Source: Algoriphagus sp.
GTDB lineage: Bacteria > Bacteroidota > Bacteroidia > Cytophagales > Cyclobacteriaceae
Direction: 5' to 3'
Length of the DNA stretch: 44,498 nucleotides
Assembly: GCA_044236565.1 (NCBI GenBank)
Contig: JBIIGH010000001.1
Coordinates: forward strand, 1 to 44,498
Shown: positions 11,704 to 21,326 of the stretch, one piece after another
Numbering within the stretch: the stretch's first letter is position 1
Layout of the letters: each line of letters begins with the position of its first letter
Position numbers and translations under genes: made by a program
Notes under the pieces: model-generated
Told to the model about the DNA's origin: nothing
What the model saw: the letters and a program-made list of their open reading frames with translations, nothing else
The model's database searches: none

Positions 11704-12054
11704 ATGGCATTCAAATTTGAAGAGTTAAGGGTATGGGAAATGGCTATAAGCCTTTCGGCTGAAGTAAATGTTTTGATTAAAACTTTTCCTGTGGAGGAGC
11801 GATTTGTACTCAGCTCCCAATTTCAACGGGCTGCAGATTCGGTAGCATTAAATATTGCAGAAGGCTCTACTGGTCAGTCAACTGCAGAATTCAAGAAATT
11901 TCTCGGATATTCGATTCGATCTGGAATCGAAGTTATCAGTTGTTTGTATTTGGGAAAGAAAAGAGGAATTATCTACGAGGAAGATTTTTCAAAACTTTAC
12001 TCCACTTATGAATCGTTAATTGTCAAAATTCAGGCGCTTAAAAACTCTTTTTGA
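11704..12054 (+). CDS. Four helix bundle protein (23S rRNA IVP / bAvd-like family)
   Basis: FEELRVWE.A...FP.EERFVLSSQFQRAADSVALNIAEGS...EF.KFL.YS.RS..EV signature; 116 aa. Confidence 0.93.
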   Translation: MAFKFEELRVWEMAISLSAEVNVLIKTFPVEERFVLSSQFQRAADSVALNIAEGSTGQSTAEFKKFLGYSIRSGIEVISCLYLGKKRGIIYEEDFSKLYSTYESLIVKIQALKNSF

Positions 12055-12077
12055 CTCGTGGTTTGATTACATAACCA

Positions 12078-12342
12078 ATCTGCTGTGGACAGTGAACTTT
12101 TAACTTTTCAAAATGTCAACGGTTAACGGTCGACGGACCACAGCCAATTGTATTTCAGCGAGCAAAAAGGTATTAAAATTTGGATTGCAAACTCCATTCC
12201 TAAACGAACTGGCTGTCGACAGAGGACTTTGGACCGCTGACCAAAAAATTGTAATTAACTTATGAATAAAGTAGTATTATTTTGATTCTAAATTTGTTTC
12301 CACCACGAATCTGCTGTCGTCTGTCGACTGTGGACCGTTGAC
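12078..12342. repeat. Diverged copies of the same unit downstream of the four-helix-bundle gene
   Basis: Partial arm CTGTGGACAGTGAAC at about 12083; full two-armed unit 12115-12243; unit ending CTGTCGACTGTGGACCGTTGAC at 12342; core motifs AATTGT, GTATTA and GATT..AA shared with the upstream units. Confidence 0.85.
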
Positions 12343-12349
12343 CACATGT

Positions 12350-13108
12350 ATGCAACTAAACTTCAAAAAATCTGGCACCGGCCCACCGCTCGTTATCCTC
12401 CATGGACTATTTGGTTCCTTGGATAACTGGTTTTCCATTGCCAAGGAACTCGTTGAGCACTATACCTTGTATCTTGTAGATCAGCGCAACCATGGGGATT
12501 CCCCCCATTCCAACGACTGGAATTATGGGGTCATGGTGGAGGATTTACGGGAATTGCTGGATGCCGAGGGCCTGGATTCTGTGTACTTGATGGGGCACTC
12601 CATGGGCGGAAAGACCGTGATGAATTTTGCAGTGACTTATCCTGAGCGCGTACGTAAACTCATCGTGGGAGACATTGCTCCCCGACACTACCCGATTCAT
12701 CACCAACGGATCTTGGAAGGACTCAATGCGCTGAACCTGCAAACATTGCAATCCCGAAAAGAAGCGGATGATCAGCTGGCTGCCTTCATCCCAGAACTGG
12801 GAATCCGCCAATTTTTATTGAAAAGTTTGGGTAGGGATGCGAACGGATTCGCATGGAAAATCAATCTCCCTGTAATCACCGAGCAGATTGAAGAGGTGGG
12901 CAAAGCCTTGGAAGAAGGAACCATTTTTGATGGCCCTACTTTATTTTTGGGAGGAGCGAATTCTTCCTACATACAGCAGCAAGATCTGCCTGACATCAAC
13001 ACCCATTTTCCAAATTCTGAATGGGTCTCCATCCCAGATGCTGGACATTGGCTCCATGCGGAACAGCCCGAGGCGGTGGTAAAAGCCATTCGCCGATTTT
13101 TGGGTTAA
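12350..13108 (+). CDS. Alpha/beta fold hydrolase (YbfF-like esterase)
   Basis: LHGLFGSLDNW, DQRNHGDS, GHSMGGK, DIAP, AGHWLHAE; ATG at 12350. Confidence 0.92.
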   Translation: MQLNFKKSGTGPPLVILHGLFGSLDNWFSIAKELVEHYTLYLVDQRNHGDSPHSNDWNYGVMVEDLRELLDAEGLDSVYLMGHSMGGKTVMNFAVTYPERVRKLIVGDIAPRHYPIHHQRILEGLNALNLQTLQSRKEADDQLAAFIPELGIRQFLLKSLGRDANGFAWKINLPVITEQIEEVGKALEEGTIFDGPTLFLGGANSSYIQQQDLPDINTHFPNSEWVSIPDAGHWLHAEQPEAVVKAIRRFLG

Positions 13109-13147
13109 AAAAAGAACTGTTGCAAAATCTGCAACAGTTCTTTTTTT
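13107..13147. terminator. Bidirectional Rho-independent terminator
   Basis: A7-GAACTGTTGCA-loop-TGCAACAGTTC-T7 between convergent genes. Confidence 0.85.
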
Positions 13148-13238
13148 GCTGTATTTTTCAACGCAGATCTTCACGGAAAAAAACGCAGATTTAGTTCTAT
13201 GTGTAAAGCTGATTTTTAACTTGAGCCCAAGGAAACTT

Positions 13239-13292
13239 AGGTTGGAAGTTCAAATAGGACGGCTGTCGACCGTGGACCGTTAGCCGTCGACC
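13239..13292 (+). repeat. Partial copy of the dispersed repeat (AGGTT.GA.GTTCAA plus heptamer arm)
   Basis: AGGTTGGAAGTTCAAATAGGACGGCTGTCGACCGTGGACCGTTAGCCGTCGACC; lacks the GATTATCCGC hairpin. Confidence 0.7.
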
Positions 13293-13295
13293 ATT

Positions 13296-14630
13296 TCACT
13301 TCACTTTCTTCCCATGCTTCATCACCAAATCTACATCTTGCAGTAGGTTGATGTAGCGCAGCACATCGCCTTTTACCGCGATGATATCGGCATATTTTCC
13401 TTCGGTGATGGTTCCGTAATCTTTATCAACTTTCATCGCTACCGCAGGCCAATAAGTGGCCGCCTTGATGGTAAGCAAGGGGTCCATTCCAAAATGGTTC
13501 ACCCATACATCCAGTTCGTTCCAGGTACTTTGGCTGTGAAATTTCATCGGGATGCCACTATCTGTACCGATAAGCATCACAACACCACTTTCTTTGAGCT
13601 GGGCAAACTTACGGTCTAAGGTAGGCTTTCGCACTGGAGTTAGCTGGAAGTAGGACATTCTACCTGGGAATCGGAGCGAGGCACGAATATCTCTTACGAT
13701 AGAGTCAGGTAGTCCCAAATGCCAAGAGGTATCGTCTAATTTTTCAGGATTGTCTCGCACGAATTCGTAATTGAAAAGCCCTTCTACTGTTGGCGTCCAG
13801 AAAAGTGGCCCCAAATTCATTTTGGCAGCGCGCTCTTTCATTGCCTTCATGATGTCTTCGGGATATTCCGGTGCAGAACTCAGCCCTGTATGTTCAAAAT
13901 TATCCACCCCAATTTGTAGTCCGATTCGAATCTCGTCAGGACGGTGGGAGTGGCCCACCACCATTTTTCCATATTTATGCGCTTCGTCCACCACGGCTTT
14001 AGCCTCTTCCAAGGTCATTTGATCTTGGTCGATGAGTTTGATTACATCCACACCTGCATCGATGAGTTTCTTCACCTTGGCACGGGCATCAGCTGCTCCA
14101 TTTACTCCCCAACGGAAGGCTTCAGTACCTGGATAGGGTGCTTTTTGGATGAATGGGCCAGATACATAGATGGTAGGTCCTGGGATTTCGCCGTTTTGGA
14201 TGCGTTTTTTGACATTGATGCTGGCCTCTAGTGGGGCGCCCAAATCTCGGGCACTCGTCACGCCGGCTAGCAGCAATTGATGGGCTGAGGAAGGCATAAT
14301 CACCGACTCAAACACATCGATGTAGGTGCTGTCCCAATGGCTATAGTCGCTATGTCCGTTGAGCATCAAGTGCACGTGCATGTCCCAAAGCCCAGGAAGG
14401 ACGCTCATCCCTTCGGTAGAAATGATTTCTGCTCCTGCAGGAATAGCCAAGCTACCTACCTGACCTACGGCCTTGATCCGTTCTCCTTCCACGATGATGA
14501 CTGAATTTCGAATGGGTGTTCCTCCAAAGCCATCAATCAAGGTACCCCCAACTAGGGCTTTGAGCTGCTGAGCAAAAGAGGTGAGGCTCAGTAGAAGTAG
14601 GAAGGCGAAAAGGAGTGTTTTTTTCAACAT
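13296..14630 (-). CDS. Secreted amidohydrolase family protein (prolidase/imidazolonepropionase-like)
   Basis: Signal peptide MLKKTLLFAF...FAQ, PGLWDMHVH, GVTSARDLG, GTDSG, GKYADIIAV; start revised to 14630. Confidence 0.88.
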   Translation of the reverse strand: MLKKTLLFAFLLLLSLTSFAQQLKALVGGTLIDGFGGTPIRNSVIIVEGERIKAVGQVGSLAIPAGAEIISTEGMSVLPGLWDMHVHLMLNGHSDYSHWDSTYIDVFESVIMPSSAHQLLLAGVTSARDLGAPLEASINVKKRIQNGEIPGPTIYVSGPFIQKAPYPGTEAFRWGVNGAADARAKVKKLIDAGVDVIKLIDQDQMTLEEAKAVVDEAHKYGKMVVGHSHRPDEIRIGLQIGVDNFEHTGLSSAPEYPEDIMKAMKERAAKMNLGPLFWTPTVEGLFNYEFVRDNPEKLDDTSWHLGLPDSIVRDIRASLRFPGRMSYFQLTPVRKPTLDRKFAQLKESGVVMLIGTDSGIPMKFHSQSTWNELDVWVNHFGMDPLLTIKAATYWPAVAMKVDKDYGTITEGKYADIIAVKGDVLRYINLLQDVDLVMKHGKKVK

Positions 14631-14715
14631 GACTTGGATGGGAGAAAGTAAATGCCCCAATAAGGTACGGATTTCGCACATTAAATTTTAACTTTCGATA
14701 GCTATTCATCCCTCT

Positions 14716-15426
14716 ATGCCCAAAGGAAAGTTATTTATGATCCCTACTGTGCTTGCCGAAAACACGGCACATTGGGTGATCTCTCCTCAAGTTCAAGAAG
14801 TCATTTCCCATACCAAGATCTTTTTGGTCGAAAACCCACGTTCCGCGCGGCGATACATTTCCAGTTTGAAGTTGGGAATCAACATTGAAGAATTACATAT
14901 GGAAGTTCTAGACAAAGACACCCCTCCAGAGCAGGTGTCTCGGTTGATGATGCCGCTTTTGAACGGGGCTGATATTGGAGTGATTTCCGAGGCGGGCTGC
15001 CCAGGAATTGCCGATCCTGGTGCCTTGGCCGTAGCTTATGCTCACCAAAAAGGGATTCAAGTGGTGCCCATCTCTGGCCCTAGCTCCATGTTTCTAGCGC
15101 TGATGGGCTCGGGATTTTCGGGCCAATCCTTCGCTTTCCATGGCTACCTTCCTATCGATAAGAAAGAAAGAGCAATGACCTTGAAGCGCTTGGAGCAGGA
15201 ATCGCTTCGTGAAAAACGGGCGCAGCTCTTTATGGAAACCCCTTTTCGCAACAATCAATTGCTGGCCGATGCGCTGTCGTCCTTGTACCCACAGACGAAG
15301 TTGTGTATCGCCAAAAATCTCACCGCTGCGGATGAGCTGATCCAAACCAAAACCATCGCAGACTGGAAAAACCATCCCCTCGATCTACATAAAGTGCCCA
15401 CCGTATTTATCCTCCAAGCCTTCTAG
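14716..15426 (+). CDS. SAM-dependent methyltransferase, RsmI-like/tetrapyrrole methylase family
   Basis: ISEAGCPGIADPG, PISGPSS, SGFSGQSFAFHGYLP, METPFRN. Confidence 0.88.
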   Translation: MPKGKLFMIPTVLAENTAHWVISPQVQEVISHTKIFLVENPRSARRYISSLKLGINIEELHMEVLDKDTPPEQVSRLMMPLLNGADIGVISEAGCPGIADPGALAVAYAHQKGIQVVPISGPSSMFLALMGSGFSGQSFAFHGYLPIDKKERAMTLKRLEQESLREKRAQLFMETPFRNNQLLADALSSLYPQTKLCIAKNLTAADELIQTKTIADWKNHPLDLHKVPTVFILQAF

Positions 15427-15427
15427 C

Positions 15428-16498
15428 ATGTTTACCATCGACGCACACCTGGACCTGAGCATGAATGCCCTCGAGTGGAACAGGGACCTTACCCGCCCCC
15501 TCGAAGAGATCAATGCCCGAGAGCTGGGGCTGACTGACAAGCCAGATCGTGGCAACGGGACTGTATCCCTTCCTGAGCTTCGCAAAGGAAATGTGGGCTT
15601 GGTGGTCGCTACGCAAATTGCCCGCTATGTGGCCCCAGATAATCCCTTGCCGGGCTGGCACTCACCCCAACAAGCCTGGGCGCATACCCAAGGGCAGTTG
15701 GCCTGGTACCAAGCCATGGAGGAGCAGGGGGAACTGAAGCAAATTCGAAACTTGCAGGAGCTGGAAGCGCATTTGGCCTACTGGAATCAAGGGGAAGACA
15801 AGAGTCAAAAAGCAATCGGATTTATCCTCTCCTTGGAAGGAGCGGACTCCATCGTGAACCTAGATTACTTGGAAAAAGCCTACGGATATGGCCTCCGTGC
15901 CCTCGGTCCAGGGCATTATGGCCCAGGACGCTATGCTTATGGTACCGATGCCTCCGCACCACTCTCCCAACAGGGGAGGGACTTGCTTCGCAAAATGGAT
16001 GAATTGGGAATCATACTGGATACCACCCACCTCTGCGATCTGGCTTTTTGGGATGCCTTGGATTTGTTTCAAGGGCCAGTTTGGGCCAGCCACAACAATT
16101 GTCGTGCGCTTGTAGACCACAACCGACAGTTTTCCGATGACATGATCAAAGCCTTGATTGCTCGTGGAGCGGTCATTGGTGGCGTATTTGATGCCTGGAT
16201 GCTCAGCCCAGGTTGGATTCGGGGAAAAAGTACCCCCAAGGAGCGAAACGTAACCCTAGCCACAGTCCTAGACCACATGGACCATATTTGTCAGCTTGCA
16301 GGCAATGCGGATCACATCGGTATTGGTTCTGATCTGGATGGTGCTTTTGGAAAAGAACAGTGTCCCGCTGATCTGGATTCGATCGCTGACCTACAAAAAA
16401 TCCCCGCACTCCTCCAACAGCGGGGTTATTCCCCTCAGGACATTGAGAAGGTCATGCATGGCAATTGGCTTCGGTTTTTGAAGAAGGCCTGGAGCTAG
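15428..16498 (+). CDS. Membrane dipeptidase (peptidase M19) family protein
   Basis: DAHLD, SLEGAD, ILDTTH, WASHNN, HIGIGSDLDG, GNWLRFL. Confidence 0.9.
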   Translation: MFTIDAHLDLSMNALEWNRDLTRPLEEINARELGLTDKPDRGNGTVSLPELRKGNVGLVVATQIARYVAPDNPLPGWHSPQQAWAHTQGQLAWYQAMEEQGELKQIRNLQELEAHLAYWNQGEDKSQKAIGFILSLEGADSIVNLDYLEKAYGYGLRALGPGHYGPGRYAYGTDASAPLSQQGRDLLRKMDELGIILDTTHLCDLAFWDALDLFQGPVWASHNNCRALVDHNRQFSDDMIKALIARGAVIGGVFDAWMLSPGWIRGKSTPKERNVTLATVLDHMDHICQLAGNADHIGIGSDLDGAFGKEQCPADLDSIADLQKIPALLQQRGYSPQDIEKVMHGNWLRFLKKAWS

Positions 16499-16574
16499 AT
16501 TTTTCCCGAATGGTGCCCTTTGAGGTAAATTCTGACCCTAATTTTTAGATTTTTTTTAGTTTCAAGGATTGTTA

Positions 16575-16588
16575 GGCAATCGATTTCC
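16575..16588. promoter_or_regulatory. Candidate LacI-family operator
   Basis: GGCAATCGATTTCC, a near-palindrome with central CG, upstream of the MFS-GH13 operon next to a LacI gene. Confidence 0.55.
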
Positions 16589-16704
16589 GAAGGCTTTTCT
16601 GAAAATAGCGGGTGCTTTGGTACTTTTTCCTATTTTTTAGAAAGCGAAACTTCGTATTTTTTGAAGGATTATTGTTCTGAATAGTCCCCAACCCAAAATC
16701 ACCG

Positions 16705-18186
16705 ATGCGTAAGCCTTCTTTGTCTTTTACCCAAATCATCAACATGAATGTTGGTTTTTTTGGGATCCAATACAGTTTTGGACTTCAGCAAAGCGCTGTC
16801 AACCCCATCTACGACATGCTGGGTGCTGCGCCTGACGAGATTCCACTGCTCAACCTGGCTGGTCCGATGACTGGTCTCTTGATCCAGCCCATCATCGGCG
16901 CACTCAGTGATAGCACTTGGAGTGACCGATACGGTCGACGCAAACCCTATTTCTTTATCGGAGCTTTGCTCTGCAGCATCTGCTTGTTTTTCTATCCCTT
17001 CAGCAGTACCCTTTGGATGGCAGCAGGCTTGCTCTGGGTGCTAGATGCAGCCAACAATACTGCGATGGAGCCTTACCGAGCCTTGATTGCGGATTCCTTA
17101 CCCGAGGAACAGTATGGAAAGGGCTTTTTGACCCAAAGCTTCTTCACCGGCTTAGGCATCACCTTGGCCAACTTGTCCCTCTATTTTTTTCAGATCTATT
17201 TCAAAGGCAGCTGGGGCGCACTACCCGTTTGGGTCTATGCCTCCTTCTTTTTGGGTACGGTCTGCTCCATCACTTCGGTGCTTTGGAGCATGTCCAAAAC
17301 ACCCGAATACCCACCTTCTGAAGCAGAGCTTGCTGCCCTGAAGATTCGAAATCAGGGGATGCCTCATCCTGCTATCCAGTTTTTTCTATCTATTCTGACC
17401 ACTCTCATAGCCTATCTGGTCTTTTTGCTGCTGCTTCCTTTTGCACTGTTTGACCGAGGGCTTATCCGAAAAGTACTTTCTTGGGTAGATAGCAAGCCTG
17501 CTTTACGTGTGCTGTTTGCGCAAAATCTAGAGATTGTAGAGGCTATTTTAGTAATGCCTTCTGTGATGTGGAAACTCGCCTTGGTGTACCTTTTTCAGTG
17601 GTATGCCCTGTTTTGCTACTGGCAAAATTCTGCCAAAAGCATCGCGCTTTCTGTATGGAAAGTGACTCCCTCCAGCGATCCTGCTGCCTATCAAGAAGCG
17701 GTGGGTTGGGCCGGTTTGGTGAATGGCTGGTACAACATTGTTACTTTCCTCTCTGCGTTCTTTTTGGTGGGTCTTGCCCAAAAATTCGGAGCTAAAAGAG
17801 TGCATTTCTTTTGCCTCCTGCTAGCCGGCATAGGCTTGTTGATTTTCCCGATGCTTGAAAATAAATATGCCCTATTTATCCCCATGGCTGGATTTGGGAT
17901 CGCTTGGGCCAGCATGATGGGGATTCCTTACCTGCTGGTCGTCAATGAAATTCCCAAAGAACGCTACGGCGTGTACATGGGCATTATCAACATGATGATC
18001 GTCATCCCCATGATCTTCCAGACCCTGACCTTTGGTTACATATCAAAGAACTTCTTAAATAACGATGCTGGGCAAGCCATCCTTTTTGGAGGAGTCCTGC
18101 TCTTGATTGCCGCAGTAGCGACCCTTCGGATCAAAGAGACTAAGTCTACCGCTGCCTCCACTACTCAGTCAGCTTCTGGCCATTAA
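16705..18186 (+). CDS. MFS sugar transporter (maltose/sucrose GPH-like)
   Basis: [62 protein letters not shown]. Confidence 0.9.
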   Translation: MRKPSLSFTQIINMNVGFFGIQYSFGLQQSAVNPIYDMLGAAPDEIPLLNLAGPMTGLLIQPIIGALSDSTWSDRYGRRKPYFFIGALLCSICLFFYPFSSTLWMAAGLLWVLDAANNTAMEPYRALIADSLPEEQYGKGFLTQSFFTGLGITLANLSLYFFQIYFKGSWGALPVWVYASFFLGTVCSITSVLWSMSKTPEYPPSEAELAALKIRNQGMPHPAIQFFLSILTTLIAYLVFLLLLPFALFDRGLIRKVLSWVDSKPALRVLFAQNLEIVEAILVMPSVMWKLALVYLFQWYALFCYWQNSAKSIALSVWKVTPSSDPAAYQEAVGWAGLVNGWYNIVTFLSAFFLVGLAQKFGAKRVHFFCLLLAGIGLLIFPMLENKYALFIPMAGFGIAWASMMGIPYLLVVNEIPKERYGVYMGIINMMIVIPMIFQTLTFGYISKNFLNNDAGQAILFGGVLLLIAAVATLRIKETKSTAASTTQSASGH

Positions 18187-18217
18187 CAAATTTCATCACC
18201 CACACCTTGCGTACCCC

Positions 18218-20173
18218 ATGTCGGTAGAAGTTTCACTTACTGAAAAAATTACAGCCCTTTTCCAGGCCCATTCCCTAGCTACCCAAGGTGCAGACCAGGA
18301 GTTTGTGGCCCGGTTTCATGCCAGTCTCCCCAAAATTCAGACCCTTTTTCAAGAGCTGTATGGAGCGCATGAAGGAGCCGAAGATCAGCTGATCGAACTC
18401 TTACGGAGCCTGATTCTGGGTTACCAAGCCCGCGAGGAGCAACTCAAAGCTCGCGATCAAAAGAAGGTGGCAGAAGGACATTGGTTTCTCAGTCAATCGC
18501 TGGCCGGGATGAGTTTGTATGTGGATCGATTCGCAGGAACCCTCAAAACCATGCCTTCCAAGCTTCCACACCTGCAGGATTTGGGAGTCAACTTCCTCCA
18601 TTTGATGCCGCTTTTTGAAAGTCCGCAGGGAGAGAGTGATGGGGGCTATGCCGTTTCCAATTTCAGAAAGGTAGATCCCCGTTTCGGTAGCCTGGAAGAC
18701 CTAATCGCTTTGCGCAAAACCATGCACGAGCAGGGGATGTACCTGATGCTGGACATTGTACTCAACCATACTTCTCATCAGCATGAATGGGCAATGAAGG
18801 CCAAGGCTGGGGATCAAGAATACCAGAATTACTACTATACCTACGAAAACCGCTGGATCCCCAACGAGTTTGAGCAGGCCATGCCGGAGATATTTCCCGA
18901 AAGTGCCCCGGGCAACTTCACCTGGAATGAGGAGATGAAGCGCTGGGTTATGACGGTATTTCACAACTACCAGTGGGACTTGAATTTCAGCAATCCCAAG
19001 GTGTTGCAGGCGATGGTGGAGACCATGCTATTTTATGCGAATCTTGGGGTAGACCTCCTTCGCATCGATGCGCCGGCCTTTATTTGGAAGCAAACGGGTA
19101 CCTCCTGTCAAAATCTTTCCCAGGCACATACCTTACTCCGCTTGATCAAGCAGTGCGTGGAAGTGGCAACGCCTGGGATGGCCCTGCTTGGCGAGGCGAT
19201 CGTAGCGCCCAAGGACATTATGAATTACTTTGGTACGGGAGACTACGTAGCTCAAGAATGTGATTTTGCCTACAACGCCACCCAAATGGCTTTGCAATGG
19301 GACATGTTGGCTTCTGGAGATACGAGTGTGATGCTTCAAGCCCAAGCAGATATTCTCCGCAAGCCTTACGGTACCTCTTGGATTACGTACAGCCGTTGCC
19401 ACGATGACATCGGTCTTGGCTATGAAGATGCCAGCATCGCTCAAGCAGGAAAGGATCCCTACTTGCACCGGCGATTTTTGAAGGAGTATTATTCCTTTTC
19501 TGGGGAACAGTGGATGAGCCCTGCCCGTGGCGCTCTGTTTTCCTCCAATCCAAAAACGGGCGATGCGCGGATCAGTGGCACGCTTGCCTCACTCTGTGGC
19601 TTAGAAAAGGCCTTGTATGAAGGCAATGGCCCAGCAATTGAGCAAAGTATTCAAAAAATCCTGCTCATGCAGGCTCATTCGATCTTTTTGGGTGGACTAC
19701 CCATGCTGTTTTATGGAGATGAAGTCGGCTACACCAACGATTACCGGTACCAGCAGGATCCGGGGAAAAGCTATGACAACCGCTGGATGCACCGTCCTTT
19801 GCTGGACTGGGAAAAGGTCAACCGTCGGAAAACGGAAGGGACCTTGGAATACCAGTTGTTTGAAGGAACCAAGAAGCTGTTAGCCATCCGAAAATCTAAG
19901 GAACTGTTTGCCGACCTGAGCAATGTGTCTTGGATGACTCCCCACAACATCCATGTAGCGGGATTGATTCGCAGAAAAGGGGAAGACAGGTGCTATTGCT
20001 TGTTCAACTTCAGCGATCGCCCAGCGGGACTTACCTGGTATGCCTTCCGGGAGCAAGGGGAGAAGTCTACTTTCCTTTTTGACCACTGGACTCAGACTAG
20101 CTATACGCTAGGGCCTGACCACGAACATTTGGTGCTAGAGCCCTACGGGTTTCGCATTTTGGAACCTCGATAA
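18218..20173 (+). CDS. GH13 amylosucrase/sucrose hydrolase-like glycoside hydrolase
   Basis: SDGGYAVS, DIVLNHTS, QWDLN, catalytic RIDAPAF, GEAIV, RCHDDIG, RISGTLASL, NRWMHRP. Confidence 0.88.
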   Translation: MSVEVSLTEKITALFQAHSLATQGADQEFVARFHASLPKIQTLFQELYGAHEGAEDQLIELLRSLILGYQAREEQLKARDQKKVAEGHWFLSQSLAGMSLYVDRFAGTLKTMPSKLPHLQDLGVNFLHLMPLFESPQGESDGGYAVSNFRKVDPRFGSLEDLIALRKTMHEQGMYLMLDIVLNHTSHQHEWAMKAKAGDQEYQNYYYTYENRWIPNEFEQAMPEIFPESAPGNFTWNEEMKRWVMTVFHNYQWDLNFSNPKVLQAMVETMLFYANLGVDLLRIDAPAFIWKQTGTSCQNLSQAHTLLRLIKQCVEVATPGMALLGEAIVAPKDIMNYFGTGDYVAQECDFAYNATQMALQWDMLASGDTSVMLQAQADILRKPYGTSWITYSRCHDDIGLGYEDASIAQAGKDPYLHRRFLKEYYSFSGEQWMSPARGALFSSNPKTGDARISGTLASLCGLEKALYEGNGPAIEQSIQKILLMQAHSIFLGGLPMLFYGDEVGYTNDYRYQQDPGKSYDNRWMHRPLLDWEKVNRRKTEGTLEYQLFEGTKKLLAIRKSKELFADLSNVSWMTPHNIHVAGLIRRKGEDRCYCLFNFSDRPAGLTWYAFREQGEKSTFLFDHWTQTSYTLGPDHEHLVLEPYGFRILEPR

Positions 20174-20195
20174 AACGCAGGCCTGAATAGCTGAT

Positions 20196-21221
20196 TTAGG
20201 ATTTAGTAGAAGATCCGCGTACGAGCAGTTTGGTTTTCAGCTGCACTGTTTCGGTGTTGTTGAAATCTGTGTTTTGGAGTTGTTCAATCAACATTTCCAC
20301 CGCTTTAGCGCCCATCTCTTCGCCAAACTGGTCTACCGAACTGAGTGTAGGGCTGGTGAATTCAGAGAGCATCCAATTGCTAAATCCAACAAGGCCGACT
20401 TGGTTAGGGATGGAATAATTGGCCGACTTGAGGTAGTTCATCGCACCCAAGGCCACCAAATCGGTGATGCAAAAAAGGGCATCGGGTGGATTTTGACTTT
20501 CCATCAGGGATTTGGTAAAGGAAAATCCCTCCTCTTCCGTGATGTCAAAGCAAGACTTCACCCATTCTTCTTGCAGGACTAACCCATGATCTTCGAGCGC
20601 TTTTTTATAGCCTAGGAAGCGTTGTTCCGCGTTTTTTACTTTCATCCTTCCGCTAAGGTGAGCGATTTTGCGATAGCCCTCACGAATCAGGTGGGCAGTA
20701 GCTTGGTAGGCGCCTTCAAAGTCATCGACCACCAACTTAGGACTGGGAAGGGATTCCGTGATCTTATCAAACTGGACCACTGCCTTGCCTTCATCCAAAA
20801 ATGCCTGCAAGTGCTCAGCTTCCTTTGTTTCGTTTGAAACGGAGATGATGAGTCCATCTACCCCCATGCCTAAAAGGTATTGGCTAGCCAGGACCTCTTC
20901 TTTGAGGTGGTCGTAGGATTGGGCAAGTAGGACGCTGTAGCCTCTCTTTTTTGCGGCTTCCAAGGCTCCGCTGATGGTGGTGGAGAAAAAGTGATGCACG
21001 ATTTGCGGAACAATCATCCCCAAAATAGAGGTTCGATTTTTTCGAAAATTAACCGCCATCGTGTTCGGCACGTACTGGTGCTTGGCCGCATATTCTTTGA
21101 CGAGTTGTATCGTTTCCTCCGAAAGTGATGGATAGCCATTGAGTGCTCTGGAAACAGTCGAAGGGGAAAGTTTGAGTTCCTTTGCGATGTCTTTTAGCGT
21201 AATTTTTCGCTTTTCATTCAT
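20196..21221 (-). CDS. LacI family transcriptional regulator
   Basis: ITLKDIAKELKLSPSTVSRALN HTH, YVPN hinge, periplasmic-binding-type effector domain. Confidence 0.95.
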   Translation of the reverse strand: MNEKRKITLKDIAKELKLSPSTVSRALNGYPSLSEETIQLVKEYAAKHQYVPNTMAVNFRKNRTSILGMIVPQIVHHFFSTTISGALEAAKKRGYSVLLAQSYDHLKEEVLASQYLLGMGVDGLIISVSNETKEAEHLQAFLDEGKAVVQFDKITESLPSPKLVVDDFEGAYQATAHLIREGYRKIAHLSGRMKVKNAEQRFLGYKKALEDHGLVLQEEWVKSCFDITEEEGFSFTKSLMESQNPPDALFCITDLVALGAMNYLKSANYSIPNQVGLVGFSNWMLSEFTSPTLSSVDQFGEEMGAKAVEMLIEQLQNTDFNNTETVQLKTKLLVRGSSTKS

Positions 21222-21326
21222 GAGCAGAAGACTAATTAAACAGTAAAACAGGTTGAAAAAGCATACTTTCTAAACTACTTATTTCTAGGGAGAATGTTTT
21301 GAAAAACGGAGGAATTCTAAAAAATT

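Noticed and set aside
11704-12054. Diversity-generating retroelement or 23S rRNA intervening sequence
   Set aside because: No reverse transcriptase, TR/VR pair or rRNA sequence in the window; only the protein-family relationship holds
13114-13140. TGCAACAG/CTGTTGCA half-sites resembling the Zur-like box
   Set aside because: Arrangement is reversed, flanked by A/T tracts between convergent genes; better explained as a terminator
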